Under the pieces are notes generated by a model. The model was not told the DNA's origin. It searched no databases and saw only the letters and a list, made by a program, of their open reading frames with translations. From the NCBI GenBank assembly GCA_010909165.1, contig MU008159.1, positions 1,426,001-1,490,000 of the forward strand: a DNA stretch of 64,000 nt, in the 5' to 3' direction. A program made the translations under genes and the position numbers. This DNA comes from Anthoceros angustus. Taxonomy: Eukaryota > Plantae > Anthocerotophyta. Of this stretch, positions 49,871 to 62,794 are shown in pieces. Position 1 is the stretch's first letter. Every line of letters begins with the position of its first letter.

Positions 49871-52794
49871 ATGGCTTCAGCCAGGTCGGGACGCAGGGAC
49901 CGCGGGAGGCTGCCTGTGGCCAACGGAGTGGAGAAGAAATCGCAGCAGCAAGTGCATCGCAGCAGCGACAGCAGCTCGGAGGAGGAGGAGAAGCATGTGG
50001 CCACCAACGGCCTTGCCAATGGCGCTCCTCCTACTGCCCGTAAGCGCAGCACCTCGCGGGATCGCAGTGCTAACGGGCAGGGCCGCAAGCCTCCTCCATC
50101 CGAGTACCAGAACCAGCCGGCCGTGCACAATGTGGCCGTCACCTACTTCACCATGCTGGCCCTGCTGGCCCTCTGTCCGCCCGCGGTCATCTCCCTGTGG
50201 GTCTCCTCGATCCGCGGCTGGATATTATCTTTTTCTGGAGCACTGTCTGGCTGGGCGGAATGCGGGGAGCAAATTTTGGGGGGTGCCTGTGCCTGTGCCT
50301 GGACTCTTTCTTACTGCTCCTCGCTTGCAGGTGGTACACAGTCGATCATCTTGACGGCTCTGTGTACAACCTCTTCTTTCTGATGCGAAAGCACGGCGTG
50401 TTGGAGACCATTATCAGGATCTGGCCCCGCCCAACTGCTACAGCAGCCGGCCTCATTCTTGCTTTCGCTGCCTTTGAGGCCATCCTGCTGGTTGCTCTGC
50501 CTGGGAAACGATTTCTGGGTCCGGTTTCTCCTGCCGGCTACCGTCCTGTTTACAAGGTATGGGCGTTTCCTGCAGATGGCGGATTTTCCGATGCTTGTAT
50601 GCATTCCCTGTTCTGCAAGTTTCCGGTCCTTGTCTATGGCATCCCCGCATGCCATGAGCTGAACGGTATTGCTTGGCTTGGTCTCATGAGCAGGATAATG
50701 GATTATTGGCCTACGTTGTGACCATCGTGACTTATTTGGCAATCTGGAAGTAAGCTACCGACCTGGTCCTCAGTAGTTCCCATATGCTGCTGCCAAGTTC
50801 CTTCTGTCTTGCCATTTTACGGCTACAGCACCAAGTATATGTGCAGAATGGGATGGTTCAACCCTGCAATGGTGTACGATCACCTGGGGCCCATATTCTC
50901 TTCACTGATCATCGGAAGTTTTTTCTTCTGCGTTTTACTATACATCAAAGTACGCCTCCTCCAGCCCAGGTTCGATTGAGCATAATCGATAATTTGTGAT
51001 CTCAAGCTAGTCTCTCTTGTTCGTTTCCTCTGGCAGGGACATGTGTCCCCTTCGTCTGCTGACTGGGGCTCTTCAGGCAACATTGTGGTCGATTTCTTCT
51101 GGGTAAGTTGGACACCTTTTTTAATCTTCATTGGCGTTATGTCATGATCATCGAGCTTATGGTCACTCTACGATTTCTGAGATGAGGTCAGCAAACATGT
51201 AGTGATGATACTGCTGTCTAGAACCCGTGTTAGCAGGGAATGGAGCTATATCCGCGAATAGGAAAGACGTTTGACATCAAAGTCTTCACAAATTGCCGGT
51301 TTGGGATGATGGGGTGGGCCGTCCTGGTGCTCAGCTACTGCATGAAGCAGGTGAGAGTTTTCTTTAATCGTTCTTTACCATCGTCAGATATGTGGTTGGA
51401 TCTTTACTCGATATCCATCTTTGCTGATACTGAATACCTTGGAGATTGTTTCCTGTCACAGCAAAGCGTCCATGGACGCATATCAGACTCCATGCTTGTC
51501 AGTGCTGGGCTCATGCTTATCTACATCACCAAGTTCTTTGTTTGGGAGACTGGGTACTTTGGCAGTATGGATATTGCTCATGATCGGGGTGCGTGCAGGA
51601 TTGTCTTGGCCATTTCTCCTAGTAGTTGTGTATCTTGTTTCTGTGTATCATGGCTCTTCCAGCTGATCAGGCAGTGACCGGCTTCACCCTTATCCGTTTT
51701 CACTTGTTTCACGCAGCTGGTTTCTACATATGTTGGGGTTGCCTGGTTTGGGTCCCTTCTGTTTACACCTCTCCTGCCATGTATCTTGTGAAGCATCCTG
51801 TTATCCTAGGAGCACCAGTACGTTCTGCAGTCAATTCTGTTCGTCTCATTTCAGACAGGTCCATCTTCTTTTATTGTGTCCTCTTCTCACTCTAAACTGC
51901 ACATTCCATCTATGCAGTACAATTGGGCAATATTTTTGGCTGGCGCGCTGTGCATTTACATCAATTACGACTGTGATCGGCAACGCCAGGTTTTTAGGAA
52001 AACTCAAGGGAGGAGCAAAATCTGGGGCAAGGTCCCTTCTAAGGTCTGCTGAAGTTCAAGAGCTTGGAATTGCAGTTTGTGTTGTCAATCAGTTATCAGT
52101 TGTGGATCCCGCCACACTGCAGGCTGTTGCTGTTTGATAAATTTGGTTCGTTGTGCTTTCTTCCAGATTTTTGCTTCCTACGTGACCGAGAGAGGGGAAT
52201 CAAAGTCCAGTTTGTTGCTGACATCTGGCTGGTATATGTTTCCTTGAATTACTGGGGTTTAATTTGCGAAAATATGGAATAGGTAAAATGCCTTTTATCG
52301 CTGTTGTATGACGTATGAGTTGCTTGATGGCAGGTGGGGTGTAGCTCGGCATTTTCACTATGCTCCAGAAATCGCTGCGGCGTTTTTCTGGTCACTCCCA
52401 GCACAGTTTGTACACGTAAGTTGTCATGTCGAAGGTGTCTTTGGCATAAGTATTCACATCTAGTTGTGTCCTTTCCTGCCTATTCACAGCTTATCTCTGT
52501 GTTTTAGAGGGAAAGTTTGTTATCTCGTGTTTCTAACGACCGTCTTATTTGCAACAGTTCATACCGTATTTCTACGTAGTGTTTTTGACAATTTTATTAT
52601 TCGACCGAGCAGTAAGAGATGATGCGCGCTGTCGGGCGAAGTAAGTCCTGACCTAAAGTTCTGGGTTGTTTCAAACATCGACTTTCGCTGTCCCTGCACT
52701 GAGATATCGTTTTCCCTTCTGCTCCAGGTACACCAAGTATTGGGAGCTGTACTGCCGTCGTGTGCCTTACAGGATAATCCCTGGTGTATACTAG
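49871..52794 (+). CDS. DWF5: Sterol delta-7 reductase (7-dehydrocholesterol reductase), ~12 exons
   Basis: Exons read VTYFTMLALLALCPPAVISLW, YTVDHLDGS...GPVSPAGYRPVYK, WFNPAMVYDHLG, DWGSSGNIVVDFFW, GMELYPRIGKTFDIKVFTNCRFGMM, MDIAHDR, AGFYICWGCLVWVPS, INYDCDRQRQ, SLLLTSGW, WGVARHFHY, DRAVRDDARC and KYWELYCRRVPYRIIPGVY-stop (TAG 52792-52794). Confidence 0.93.
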
Positions 52795-53327
52795 TTTTAG
52801 TGCTTGGTTAGTCAGCTGCTGGTAGTAGCTAGACATGGAGCATGAAATGTGCATTGCTCATTGCTATGGCGCAGCGCAGAAAACGAGTTGTACTTCTAAA
52901 TGTTTACATACCCAAGTTGTGGCGTCCGGCAAAGTCTTTTTCCTTTCTTTATCCAACTGCGAAGATTTGCCTTTAGAACATTTAGACAATAGGCACCCAC
53001 CCATAAGCAAAACCAAGAAATTTTCACCTTTCACCGTCAGCCCCACTTCAACGTGTCTGGCATCCGTTACATCAGAATCCGGTCAATCCTACCCTTCAAA
53101 ACTTTCTGATCAAGGAAGTTTAAATCACACCGCATCCGGCTTTGATAGAAGTGCCCAATCAAGCGCATTTTCTGCAGTAGACTAGACCTATCACCAATTA
53201 CTTAAATACCTTATGGACTCCCACCGCCTGAAGAGTCTTGCAGAATGGTTCTTCTGGCAGGAATCATAAACTCCGGGCCCATTCAAAAGGGTAGATCACG
53301 TTCCATCTGCTTGCCCAACAAAACACT

Positions 53328-55545
53328 TCATGCTCTGTGATCTGGAGACCGTGAGCGTCGACGAAAATGATGCCGAGGGGGTGAACCTGGTTTCACAGGG
53401 GATCGTGATCGAGTGTACCTTCGATCCCGCTCTCTATCACGTCCCCAGTCCCGATCTCTTCCTCCACGACCTCGGTCACGATCCCTGTCCCGATGCCAAT
53501 CTCTGTCTCTATCTCGATACCTTTCCCGTTGTTCCCTGTCCCTGTCCCTGTCACGCTCCCTCTCCTTATCATGGTCTTTCTCCTTCTCACGCTCTTTGTC
53601 CCTGTCACGTTCTCTGTCCTTTTCCTTGACAGTGCCATTGTCCTTCAAACGCTCAGTCTCTTTCTCCTTTTCCCTCTGCTTCCTCTTCTCCTCGAGGTCT
53701 TTCTCTCTTGCCACCCGTTCTTCCTCACGAGCTTTATCTTTACGACTCTGTGAAAATGGCCAGGACCAATGATAGAAGAATGAACACATGAGTGGAACAT
53801 GACACCAAGACAGCAGCCCAACGAGAAAACAGAAGTGCAATACCTTGAACTCGACTAGGTAATCACGAACTAGGCCAAATCCTACATGTTGTTTCCCAGT
53901 CATGTGCGATTGGGTGCGTTCAGTGGCATCATTAGCCACCAAAAATGATCCACAGATCTCACAGAGAGCCATTTTCTTTTCTTGGGAAAGTATCAAACCT
54001 CGCTCTGTGGAAGCTAGTTGCATCACAACTGCCTTCTCAGCATTCAGAGCATCCACCTAGACCATGCAGGTTCAGTTAAGATGTGTTATGACCGACCAAA
54101 AAATTAGGTGTCCATCCCGAATACTTCGAACAAATCAACAATGAAGCATATTGCGCAATATACCTTCTTCATGAGTGCTTGAGCCTCATCGACCTTGCCT
54201 TCCTCGCCCAGATTCTCACTCTGTTCTAAAAGCTTCTTAATTTTCTCCTCTATAGTGCCAAGTTGCTCCTGCTTCTCGTTTGAGATAGGGACCAGGGATG
54301 CAAGATCAACATCTTGAGCCAAACGTTCGCGCCCCCGCCTTACCTTGCGGTCAAGATCTTGCACCTGACAATACCAAGTAGTGCATAATTAACAGCTCAA
54401 GGCTAGAAAGAGCTGTAGACTTGCAAAAGTGAAGATCTATAGAAAATTGACTGTGTTCAGGTGTAACCCACCAACTTCTCACAAAATTGGGCCAGCTCCG
54501 CTTCAAACCTTGGCACGTACAATTCATGCCGCTTGGATTGTTCATAACTGCAGATGCAACAAGAGCAAGAGCTGAATCAAATTGAGAAGACTCCACAGAT
54601 GCTAGAGCATGGCTCCCGTTACTCCTTTGAGACACTAAGACTGAACTGCTAGTCTTTGCGTCCAAGCGATTCCAAATTAAATAGCGTAATGCAACCGAAC
54701 ACAGACTATTTCCCTCCAAGTTGTAAGCATATAGCAAGGCATCTATAGAGTTTGCTTGCTCTGCCCATCACTGGTAGATGTATCACCCTTCTTAGGTTGT
54801 ACATCAGCAGGAAAACGTGGCCTTCTTACTGAAGGTAGTCACCTTTCCTTAAGCTTTGGATCGTGAATCTTTGAACACGGTCCTGTCATCAATAACAAAC
54901 TCGATGAGTACCCAGACCACATAGCACCTTCCTAAGGTTCACCTTCCAGAAACAAACCTTACAGAAGTTCTGCTACTTACCTAGGTCGCTCTTCGTGTTG
55001 ACAAATAAGTCATGAGGGCAAAACCGAACAAGATAGCAGCCACAAACTTCTTTGTCATCCCATCGCACTTCTCTGTGAGCTTTCTTTTCCTCGTCAGTTA
55101 AGTTCCGGGCTGCCAGCGGAACAAAGCAAAACAAGGTCATGAGCAGAAACCTCCACCTCAAGTCAGACAGTAAGCACAGAACGCCGGACAACTATTTGCA
55201 AGCTCGATAGAGGGAAACAGACAACATTAACAAGCATCTCTACAACCAAAGGGCACCTGACCTAACATAGGGGACTTCACGGACAACCAAAGCACAGCGT
55301 CTCAGGTACTGCCATAATGCTCTAGTCCTAAACACAGTGCAAGCGACCGACTAGAAGGCTGGACATATCAGCAAGACAACCCGGGGTTTATCCATTCGGT
55401 GGAGACAATCAAGGAATGAGGGGAATAGGGAGGCCCGTCGTTCAAGCTACTGCAACCGTCTTGACCGCTCAGACCGTGGCAAAAGGAAATCTGCTTTACC
55501 AGTGCCCATTAGCTCGTCCAGCAATGCCCGCTGAGCCTCCACCAT
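53328..55545 (-). CDS. LUC7: LUC7-like U1 snRNP splicing factor with RD/RE/RS-rich tail
   Basis: Exon 1 MVEAQRALLDELMGT (ATG 55545). Then RNLTDEEKK...VCGCYLVRFCPHDLFVNTKSDLG (ZnF1), DLDRKVRRGRERL, EEGKVDEAQALMKKV, MALCEICGSFLVANDATERTQSHMTGKQHVGF (ZnF2) and an RD-repeat C-terminus. Confidence 0.93.
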
Positions 55546-57269
55546 TTTGCCGGTCCCCGCTCCAGCGTGGACAGTCGATCAGCCCACGCGGGTGTTGCAG
55601 TCTACCAAACCCAGGATGCTTTTCCTGCAAGCGACTGAATCCTTTGAGCGGTTCCAAGCGCCTTCCCCTCCGTCAATCAGCTAGCTACCCCGAACCTGCA
55701 TCACCCCGCAAAGAAGATGGGCAAGCTCCTGGGAGAGCTCGTGTATCATCTGCCGTGCTGGGGGTGTCGTAGCCAAGAAAGCGGAATCATTCTTGCCAGT
55801 CCCCTCCCACGGTGCAGCAATTGGAACAGGCACAACCGACACCTCAAAATTTTGCTCCTTCCACCCTAGCTTAGATTTCTTCCTGACTGGGCTGCTGGTT
55901 CCATGTGCGGCCCTAGCATGGAGGCGGGAGACCGACAGCGCCTTGCCTGTGCGGCCTCCAAACTCAGGCTCACCAACATCCACACAGTAATTACGACCGG
56001 CGAAATTGCCACTCTCGCAGATTTGCAAAAGGGCAAGAGACCGGCTAATGACTCCGTGCCCGCGACAGACGCAAAGAACCACGGCTGGTTGTAAAGTCTT
56101 TCACTCAAATTTACTTCATACGATCATACTACCCTAGTTTATATATCTATCTTTCAATTTTCTTCTTCAATATATCTTCTTCTTTCTTTGTTTGTATTTC
56201 TATCTTTTTCAATTATAAATATTAGACCTGTGCATAGCCAGGTACCGGGGTGCCGAGGTTGTAATAAATTACGTAACCTACTTAAAGTGATTAATAATAA
56301 ATTTATTTATTGAACCCAAAAAGATATAAACTTATGCAATATAAAATACCAATGCATTCACATACGTCTATATCACCCTACTTGCTAATTATTGATCCGC
56401 ATGAAAAACGAATCATTGATATCGTTTCCCACTAATGCAAAAGCCTTTGGTCCTAGTCATTCCCGTGAGAAACTTCAGTGAACTCATATGTCTATATCGT
56501 CCTACTTTATAATAATTATTGATCTGCATGAAAATAGTATCTTTTCTCACTTCAATGTAGAAGCCTTTGGTCCTAGTCATTGCCTGTGAGGAATTTCAGT
56601 GCATTGACAAATGACATCACTTTTGTAGGCATCGAGGACCCTAAGGGGTACAACAAATGATAGCAATACGCAACACTGCCATCACTATCGTAGGCATATA
56701 GCACTGCACAAAGAACAATACCACAAATGTACCTTCACTCTTCTTAGCATCTAACACTACACGAATAACAATAAACAAAAATGAACATCATTGCAGCAGC
56801 TGCTGCAATGCCGCAAAAGTGAACATCGTCCCTTCAGCAAGCAAAAGTTACATAGTACCACAAAGTCAGTAAGAGTAAGAGTGACATAGTACTACTGCAA
56901 CAACAGTGAACATCAATGAACGACATTCCTTGTTACAAATAGAATCCATACGGTCCAAGTCCATAATGGATCGTTCTAATTAAGAAGGAAAATATGTATA
57001 TCCTATTGCATTAATGAAGAAGGCAAATGAATATATCCTATTGCGTTGATTAGGAAGAAGAAGAAGAAAAAGAAGAAGAAGAAGAATTTTATTTTAGTCC
57101 ACTAAGAACGAATTTTCGTCATGGGACTGAAATATGATAATTACATAGATTGCGGTAAAATAGTCCGGACGAATGTAAAGGTAAAATTCAAACAAGACAA
57201 ATAATCTTTAATCAATCAACAGTGTCAATGAAATTGCGTGAACCAAGGCCAAACACCACCAATTTATCC

Positions 57270-57900
57270 CCATGAAAGAAAGCCACTTGACCTGCAGCAC
57301 GAGCTGCTCTGAAAGCGGGTAACTTCTCCTTCTTAGTCTTCCATTGCAAGTGTAAGATCCTCATTGATATATAAATGAGTTGTCCGTAACATAAACCTAG
57401 CCTTCATAACCTCGAGGAACGACCACATCGACTTCTAGCCTATTGAGAAACTCCTTTGCAGCCACAAGTGGTGCAACAATGTCATTACCGAGACCAGAAA
57501 TTCTTAAGTTCAAAGCACGGCGAGCACGGTCCGCCGTCTCGGAAACAACTTCCGATACTGTGTTTCCACCAGGACAAGAAGGAGCAGGGGGATCATTAAT
57601 CCCTAGGAAGTTTTTATCAGTGAGCTTCTCCAAAAACTTGTTTCGTTGAAGTGAAATGATTTACCAAGGAACAAGAATTTGCAAGACATTGACTTGCAAA
57701 AGCAATGAATCAAACTTGACCTGGAAAAACGCCTCAAAATCTTTAACCATGAGCTTGCCGATTCAAGATCCCGTTGCAATTTTCTAATGATAACATAACA
57801 GCAAAGAAGTGTATCCTTTGAGTGGATCCACTTGATTCTCTTGTAGTCGTGCCTCTCAATCTGAAATTTTTCGCATCAAAAACAAATACACGATATCGTT
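57270..57900 (-). pseudogene. Possible LINE ORF1-like remnant
   Basis: ORF 57397..57633 contains DRARRALNLRISGL, like the RRxNLRIxGL signature of LINE ORF1-type proteins. It sits in AT-rich intergenic DNA with no RT nearby. Confidence 0.3.
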
Positions 57901-59249
57901 GTTCATATGTTTTGGCAACTACCTTACCTTTGTATTAGCTTAGCCTAACATAATGCCATATCTAATGCATCCAAGCAGCATCAAGCTCTATATCTAATCA
58001 TCATGCTGACAACTCCTTGAGTTGCATTCAACTAAATGCAATTCATCAACATCGATGTTGAGTAGGTGATTGAGCTTGATAAGAGATTAGAGGGTATGCA
58101 ATTAAAATTTCCTACTATGATGTAGGGACAATATCACACACATGTAAACAAGTGGATTTAAGCATAGCCTATGACAACAATTAGGCTAGCATTTTGAGTT
58201 GCTTTCAACAAAATGCAAAATCTTAATATCTGGATTGAGTCGGTGATTGAGCTTGTATAAGGGATGAAAGGATATGTAATTGAAACTTCCTACTAGGATG
58301 GTTCTGAGCATAGTCTCGTGGACAAGAACTCACATGAGGCTCCCTCATGCTCGCCCTTCACTCACAAAGAGTTAAGTATATAAAACATTAATTGAAAATA
58401 GATTACACTACAAAAGAAAAACGACCTTGCTTGAATGATGGCCATCGGTCATTTTATGTGAGTGCACTACATACTTGGTGGGAAAACAAAAGTAGCATCT
58501 TGTATGATATGTGAGATGCAATGTTATTCCATAGTTATGACTCAAAAAGTGACATCCGAAGAATGCATATTCCACAGCAGGATGGGGTGTCATACCCCAG
58601 ACCTAATTAGTCTTGATATATGAACGAGACCTTAAACAGTGTATAATAATTTTTTTTAATCTCTCTATAGATAATCAAAACCACCACAACATGTTATGTT
58701 TGATACATGCCAACACAATCCATATTAGCTACCAAATGACTCAAGAAGTGAAACCCTAAACTTGGCGGGTGAAGAACTTTATGACAGTTAATGTGATTAA
58801 TTACTACTAATGAATAGAAAGGATCCAAGTCATTATTATTAATTTAAATAGATTATTATGTCGTTGAATTATTACAATGTATTTGTTACACACCTTGAAA
58901 GACTAACGTACACCTGACAGACTTTTTTGATAGTGTATGACCCGAAAGAGACTGGATGGACTCGAATGGATCCCTATCTCTTTCGCAAGAATAAATGTAT
59001 ACCCTCCATCACAATATATAAATGCACATGGGCGGGCGGGAGAAGTGAATTGACTACCTACCTAATAGGAAGTGGGCATCCCGTCGCAAATGTGCCACGG
59101 CAAGGCGGTTGTTTAATGGCACTCCTGTTGTCGCACCGATGGTGTACTTAAAGACCTTACCTCTCCACATATTCTCACAGGCTGAGCGCACAATCACATT
59201 CCAGCCTTCCAGCACCGGTACCCGAGCACCCAGATACTTTCTTGTGAAG

Positions 59250-62035
59250 ATGGCGTCTGCGATGGTGCGGTCCGGCAGAGGCATGTCCATGCTTGTTACG
59301 TCCATCAAGCGCTTGGACTCCAGCAGACCTTTTTCCACGCTCGTTCCCACCTTCCTGCGCTTGCCCCGCGGAGCTGGTGAGTCTGTTTCAACTACTGTCA
59401 AGCCCAACTTGCATCTGCGGCTTCATTTCCTGCCAGCATTGCAAATCTGTCATTCCATACAGGCCTGAATTCGGTTGCAGTGTCGGACACATGTTTAAAC
59501 CAAAGTTTCATGCCAGTCTATCAGTCGGCCTTGCTGCTTGAGGCACATTGTTTCTCATTGTTTCCTCAATTCGGCCTTGTGTCCAACGCAGGGGTGCTAT
59601 CAGCTCGGTGCCATCAGAGGGTAGCCACCCGCGAATACACAGAGCCTTCTGCCTATTTGGAGGAAGAACCCCTCAAGTCTCCCTTCGATGTCAAGTACAC
59701 GAAGCTTCTGATCAATGGGGAGTTTGTGGATGCGGCTTCCGGTATGTCTTGAGCAGATTGTGGTTTCCTTGCCTTCATCCTTGGGACTGCTTTGGGACGG
59801 CTTTGGTACTTGCCTGAGCCCCCCAATTGGTTGCTCTTGTGGCAGGGAAAACGTTTCCGACTTTGGACCCTCGGACAGGACAAGTGATAGCTCAGGTGGC
59901 AGAGGGAGACAAAGAGGACGTGGATAGAGCTGTGGCAGCAGCTCGGAAGGCTTTTGAGGATGGGCCGTGGTCCAAATTGTCTGCCTATGTAACTTTCTTT
60001 GGCCCCCTGCGCCAGCATTTCCTCCAGTCCAACGCATGCTGCAATGTCGAATTCATTTTTTCTCACTCAGTCCACATGGCATTTGCGAATAATCCGATTC
60101 CACACACTGCATCTCGCAGGAGAGGTCAAAAATTCTGCTCCGATTTGCTGACCTTCTGGAGCAGCACGCGGATGAGCTGGGAGCCATCGAGACATGGGAC
60201 AACGGGAAACCGTACGAGCAAGCCAAGGGCGAAACGATCGAGATTGCCAGGATATTTCGCTACTTTGCTGGTACTGTTGGAAGCTTAACGAGCAATTGCG
60301 GGGTTATTGCATGACCATCAGTAGTTGCTGCTGCCTCCAGGGTCAGTCTCGAAAGTGAGCACTGGCTGAAACGTGCAGGTTGGGTGGATAAGATTCACGG
60401 TCGCACCATTCCCTCTGATGGACCGTACCAGGTTCAGACATTCCATGAACCCTTGGGAGTCGTGGGATCAATCGTGCCATGGAATTTCCCCCTAATCATG
60501 TTTGCGTGGAAAGTGGCTCCTGCCCTTGCTGCGGGAAACACAGTCGTTCTCAAAACAGCTGAGCAGACTCCATTGTCAGCAATATTGGCTGCGAAGCTTG
60601 GCCACGAGGTATGAATTCCGTGCTTGTTTTGGTGAATCGCAAGACTGTAAACACTAGAATCTTGCTCACAACAACTTTCAACTGGTATTGCTGTGCTTCA
60701 GGCTGGACTGCCACCAGGTGTGCTGAACATAATTTCAGGATTCGGTGCCACTGCTGGGGCAGCTATTTCAAATCACATGGACATCGATAAGGTACCTACT
60801 CACGATGTCACAAGCTTTCAGCAGACTGTCGTCCTTGAAACACCCTCGTCACATTTGTTGTTGCTTCCAGGTTTCATTTACGGGATCAACTGAGGTCGGA
60901 AAGCTGATCCTGCAAGCAGCAGCCAAAAGCAACCTCAAGAATGTGACACTTGAACTTGGTGGAAAGTCTCCTTTCATCGTCTGCGGGGATGCAGACGTAG
61001 ATCTCGCAGTCGAGACAGCCCACTTTGCTCTCTTCTACAATCAGGTAGACACATTTGGATCAGCCCTGGAAGGGATTGCACCCAACAACAAACAGCATTT
61101 TCTCAGTAGCGCATTTGGTTTCGTGCAGGGCCAGGCCTGCTGTGCTGGCTCAAGAACTTTCGTCCACGAAAGCGTGTACGACGAGTTCGTGGAGAAGGCC
61201 AAGAACCGAGCTCTTCTTCGGAATGTGGGTGATCCTTTCAGGAGCGGAATCGATCAGGGTCCTCAGGCGAGCTCAATCTCTCCTTCAACCCTGCCATAAC
61301 ACGATTTTTTTCTTTCCAGATTTCTTTACTACGGCAAGTAACAAGTAGTGGTGCACAACCATCCATTCTTGTTGCAGGTGGACCAGCAACAGTTTCACAA
61401 GATCCTGGGCTACATCGATTATGGTCAGCAAGAAGGTGCACGTCTTCTCACGGGCGGGCAACGATTTGGCGACAAAGGATATTACATACAACCCACCGTT
61501 TTTGCGGATGTGAAGGTAAAATCACCGAGCGACAAACAGCGGCATCCATCCACCACTTATGTAACAAGTTACTGAATGCTGCTGCTTGTCCGCTTTTCCA
61601 ATTTTCAGGATCACATGAAGATATCACGGGAGGAGATTTTCGGACCAGTTCAGATTATCACCAAGTTCAAGTACGTGTGTACTAACTACAGACTTCTGCA
61701 TCACACTTGAAATGAGCAGTAGGTGGCAGGGGAACTCACGGACATGTCTGACATTTGGCAGGACACTGGAAGAAGTTATCGCCAGGGCAAACGACACCAT
61801 TTACGGACTGGCGTCTGGGGTGTTCACCAGGAATTTGGAGACGGCAAACACGTTGACGCATGCCATCAAGGCGGGCTCAGTGTGGGTCAATTGCTATGGC
61901 GTCATGGATGCTGCCATTCCTTTTGGGGGCTACAAGCAGAGCGGAATCGGTAGGGAGAAGGGTTTGGAAGGTTTGATGAGTTACTTGCAGGTCAAGGCTG
62001 TGGCCCAGCCGCTCCGTAGTGCTACCGGCTGGTGA
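59250..62035 (+). CDS. ALDH2B: Mitochondrial aldehyde dehydrogenase family 2B, 11 exons
   Basis: Transit-like exon [29 protein letters not shown], then [54 protein letters not shown] (catalytic Cys retained), EEIFGPV and [15 protein letters not shown]. Stop at 62033-62035. Confidence 0.95.
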
Positions 62036-62794
62036 CAGCCTCCCCGTCATGGTGTAACAGTTCCATGGAGTACCTTACACGTAAATAAAGCTCTGTTTCG
62101 TCAGATTCAAGTCCTTCGCTGAGACGGTGTCCTCCCACTGTCTCCACATCAGTGTACAGCATAATCATAACTACAAAAATTAACAGGACTCGTTGGCCAC
62201 AATGGCAGGTGGGCCGGGGACGCTCATGTCATCAGCTTCCTCCCTCGGGGACTCAGGTGCCGCCTGCTCCATACAGCAACTCTCGTGTTAACAATGTTCT
62301 CTTTCGAAACCCTCACGAAAGAACGAGTAAAAAGCCATCAAGGCCACAGACAGAACAAACACCAGAACTCCATTAGTGCTGCATCCCATGAGTTCCTATG
62401 CGAACACAAGGACACCAGAGATTTCAACGTCATAGCCTCTGGCTAGGATGTCACCTACCAAAAAGCTTCACAATGTCTACCTACAATAACTGGCAAACAG
62501 GAAATCAGGAGAAGAGTAGAGTTCTAGGTGGCAATGTTGTCCTCTAATGTTAGATATTCCCCATCAATGGAGGAGACAGGCTTGTCCACCAAGCATGCCA
62601 AAGAATACGCCTTAGAGGCCCAAATACGTGGCTGCCAGCCAACAAGTTCTAAGAAACGACAGCACCAAAAGCTGAATAATGAGTTCTCCATTTGGACTCC
62701 ACAGAGAGAACCATCAGTCATGCATTACAGAAAGCATGGTACTGACATGGGTCTGACAGCCAAAGAGCTACGTCCATCAACCTTGTAGCAGCAT

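Noticed and set aside
56220-56250. Helitron 3' end (hairpin ACCTG...CAGGT followed by CTAA on the minus strand)
   Set aside because: The hairpin abuts the CTRR with no typical spacer, and no matching 5' TC end or RepHel sequence was found.
61129-61152. Loss of the ALDH catalytic cysteine (GQACCAGS vs GQCCCAGS)
   Set aside because: Only the first Cys is replaced. The middle catalytic Cys is retained.
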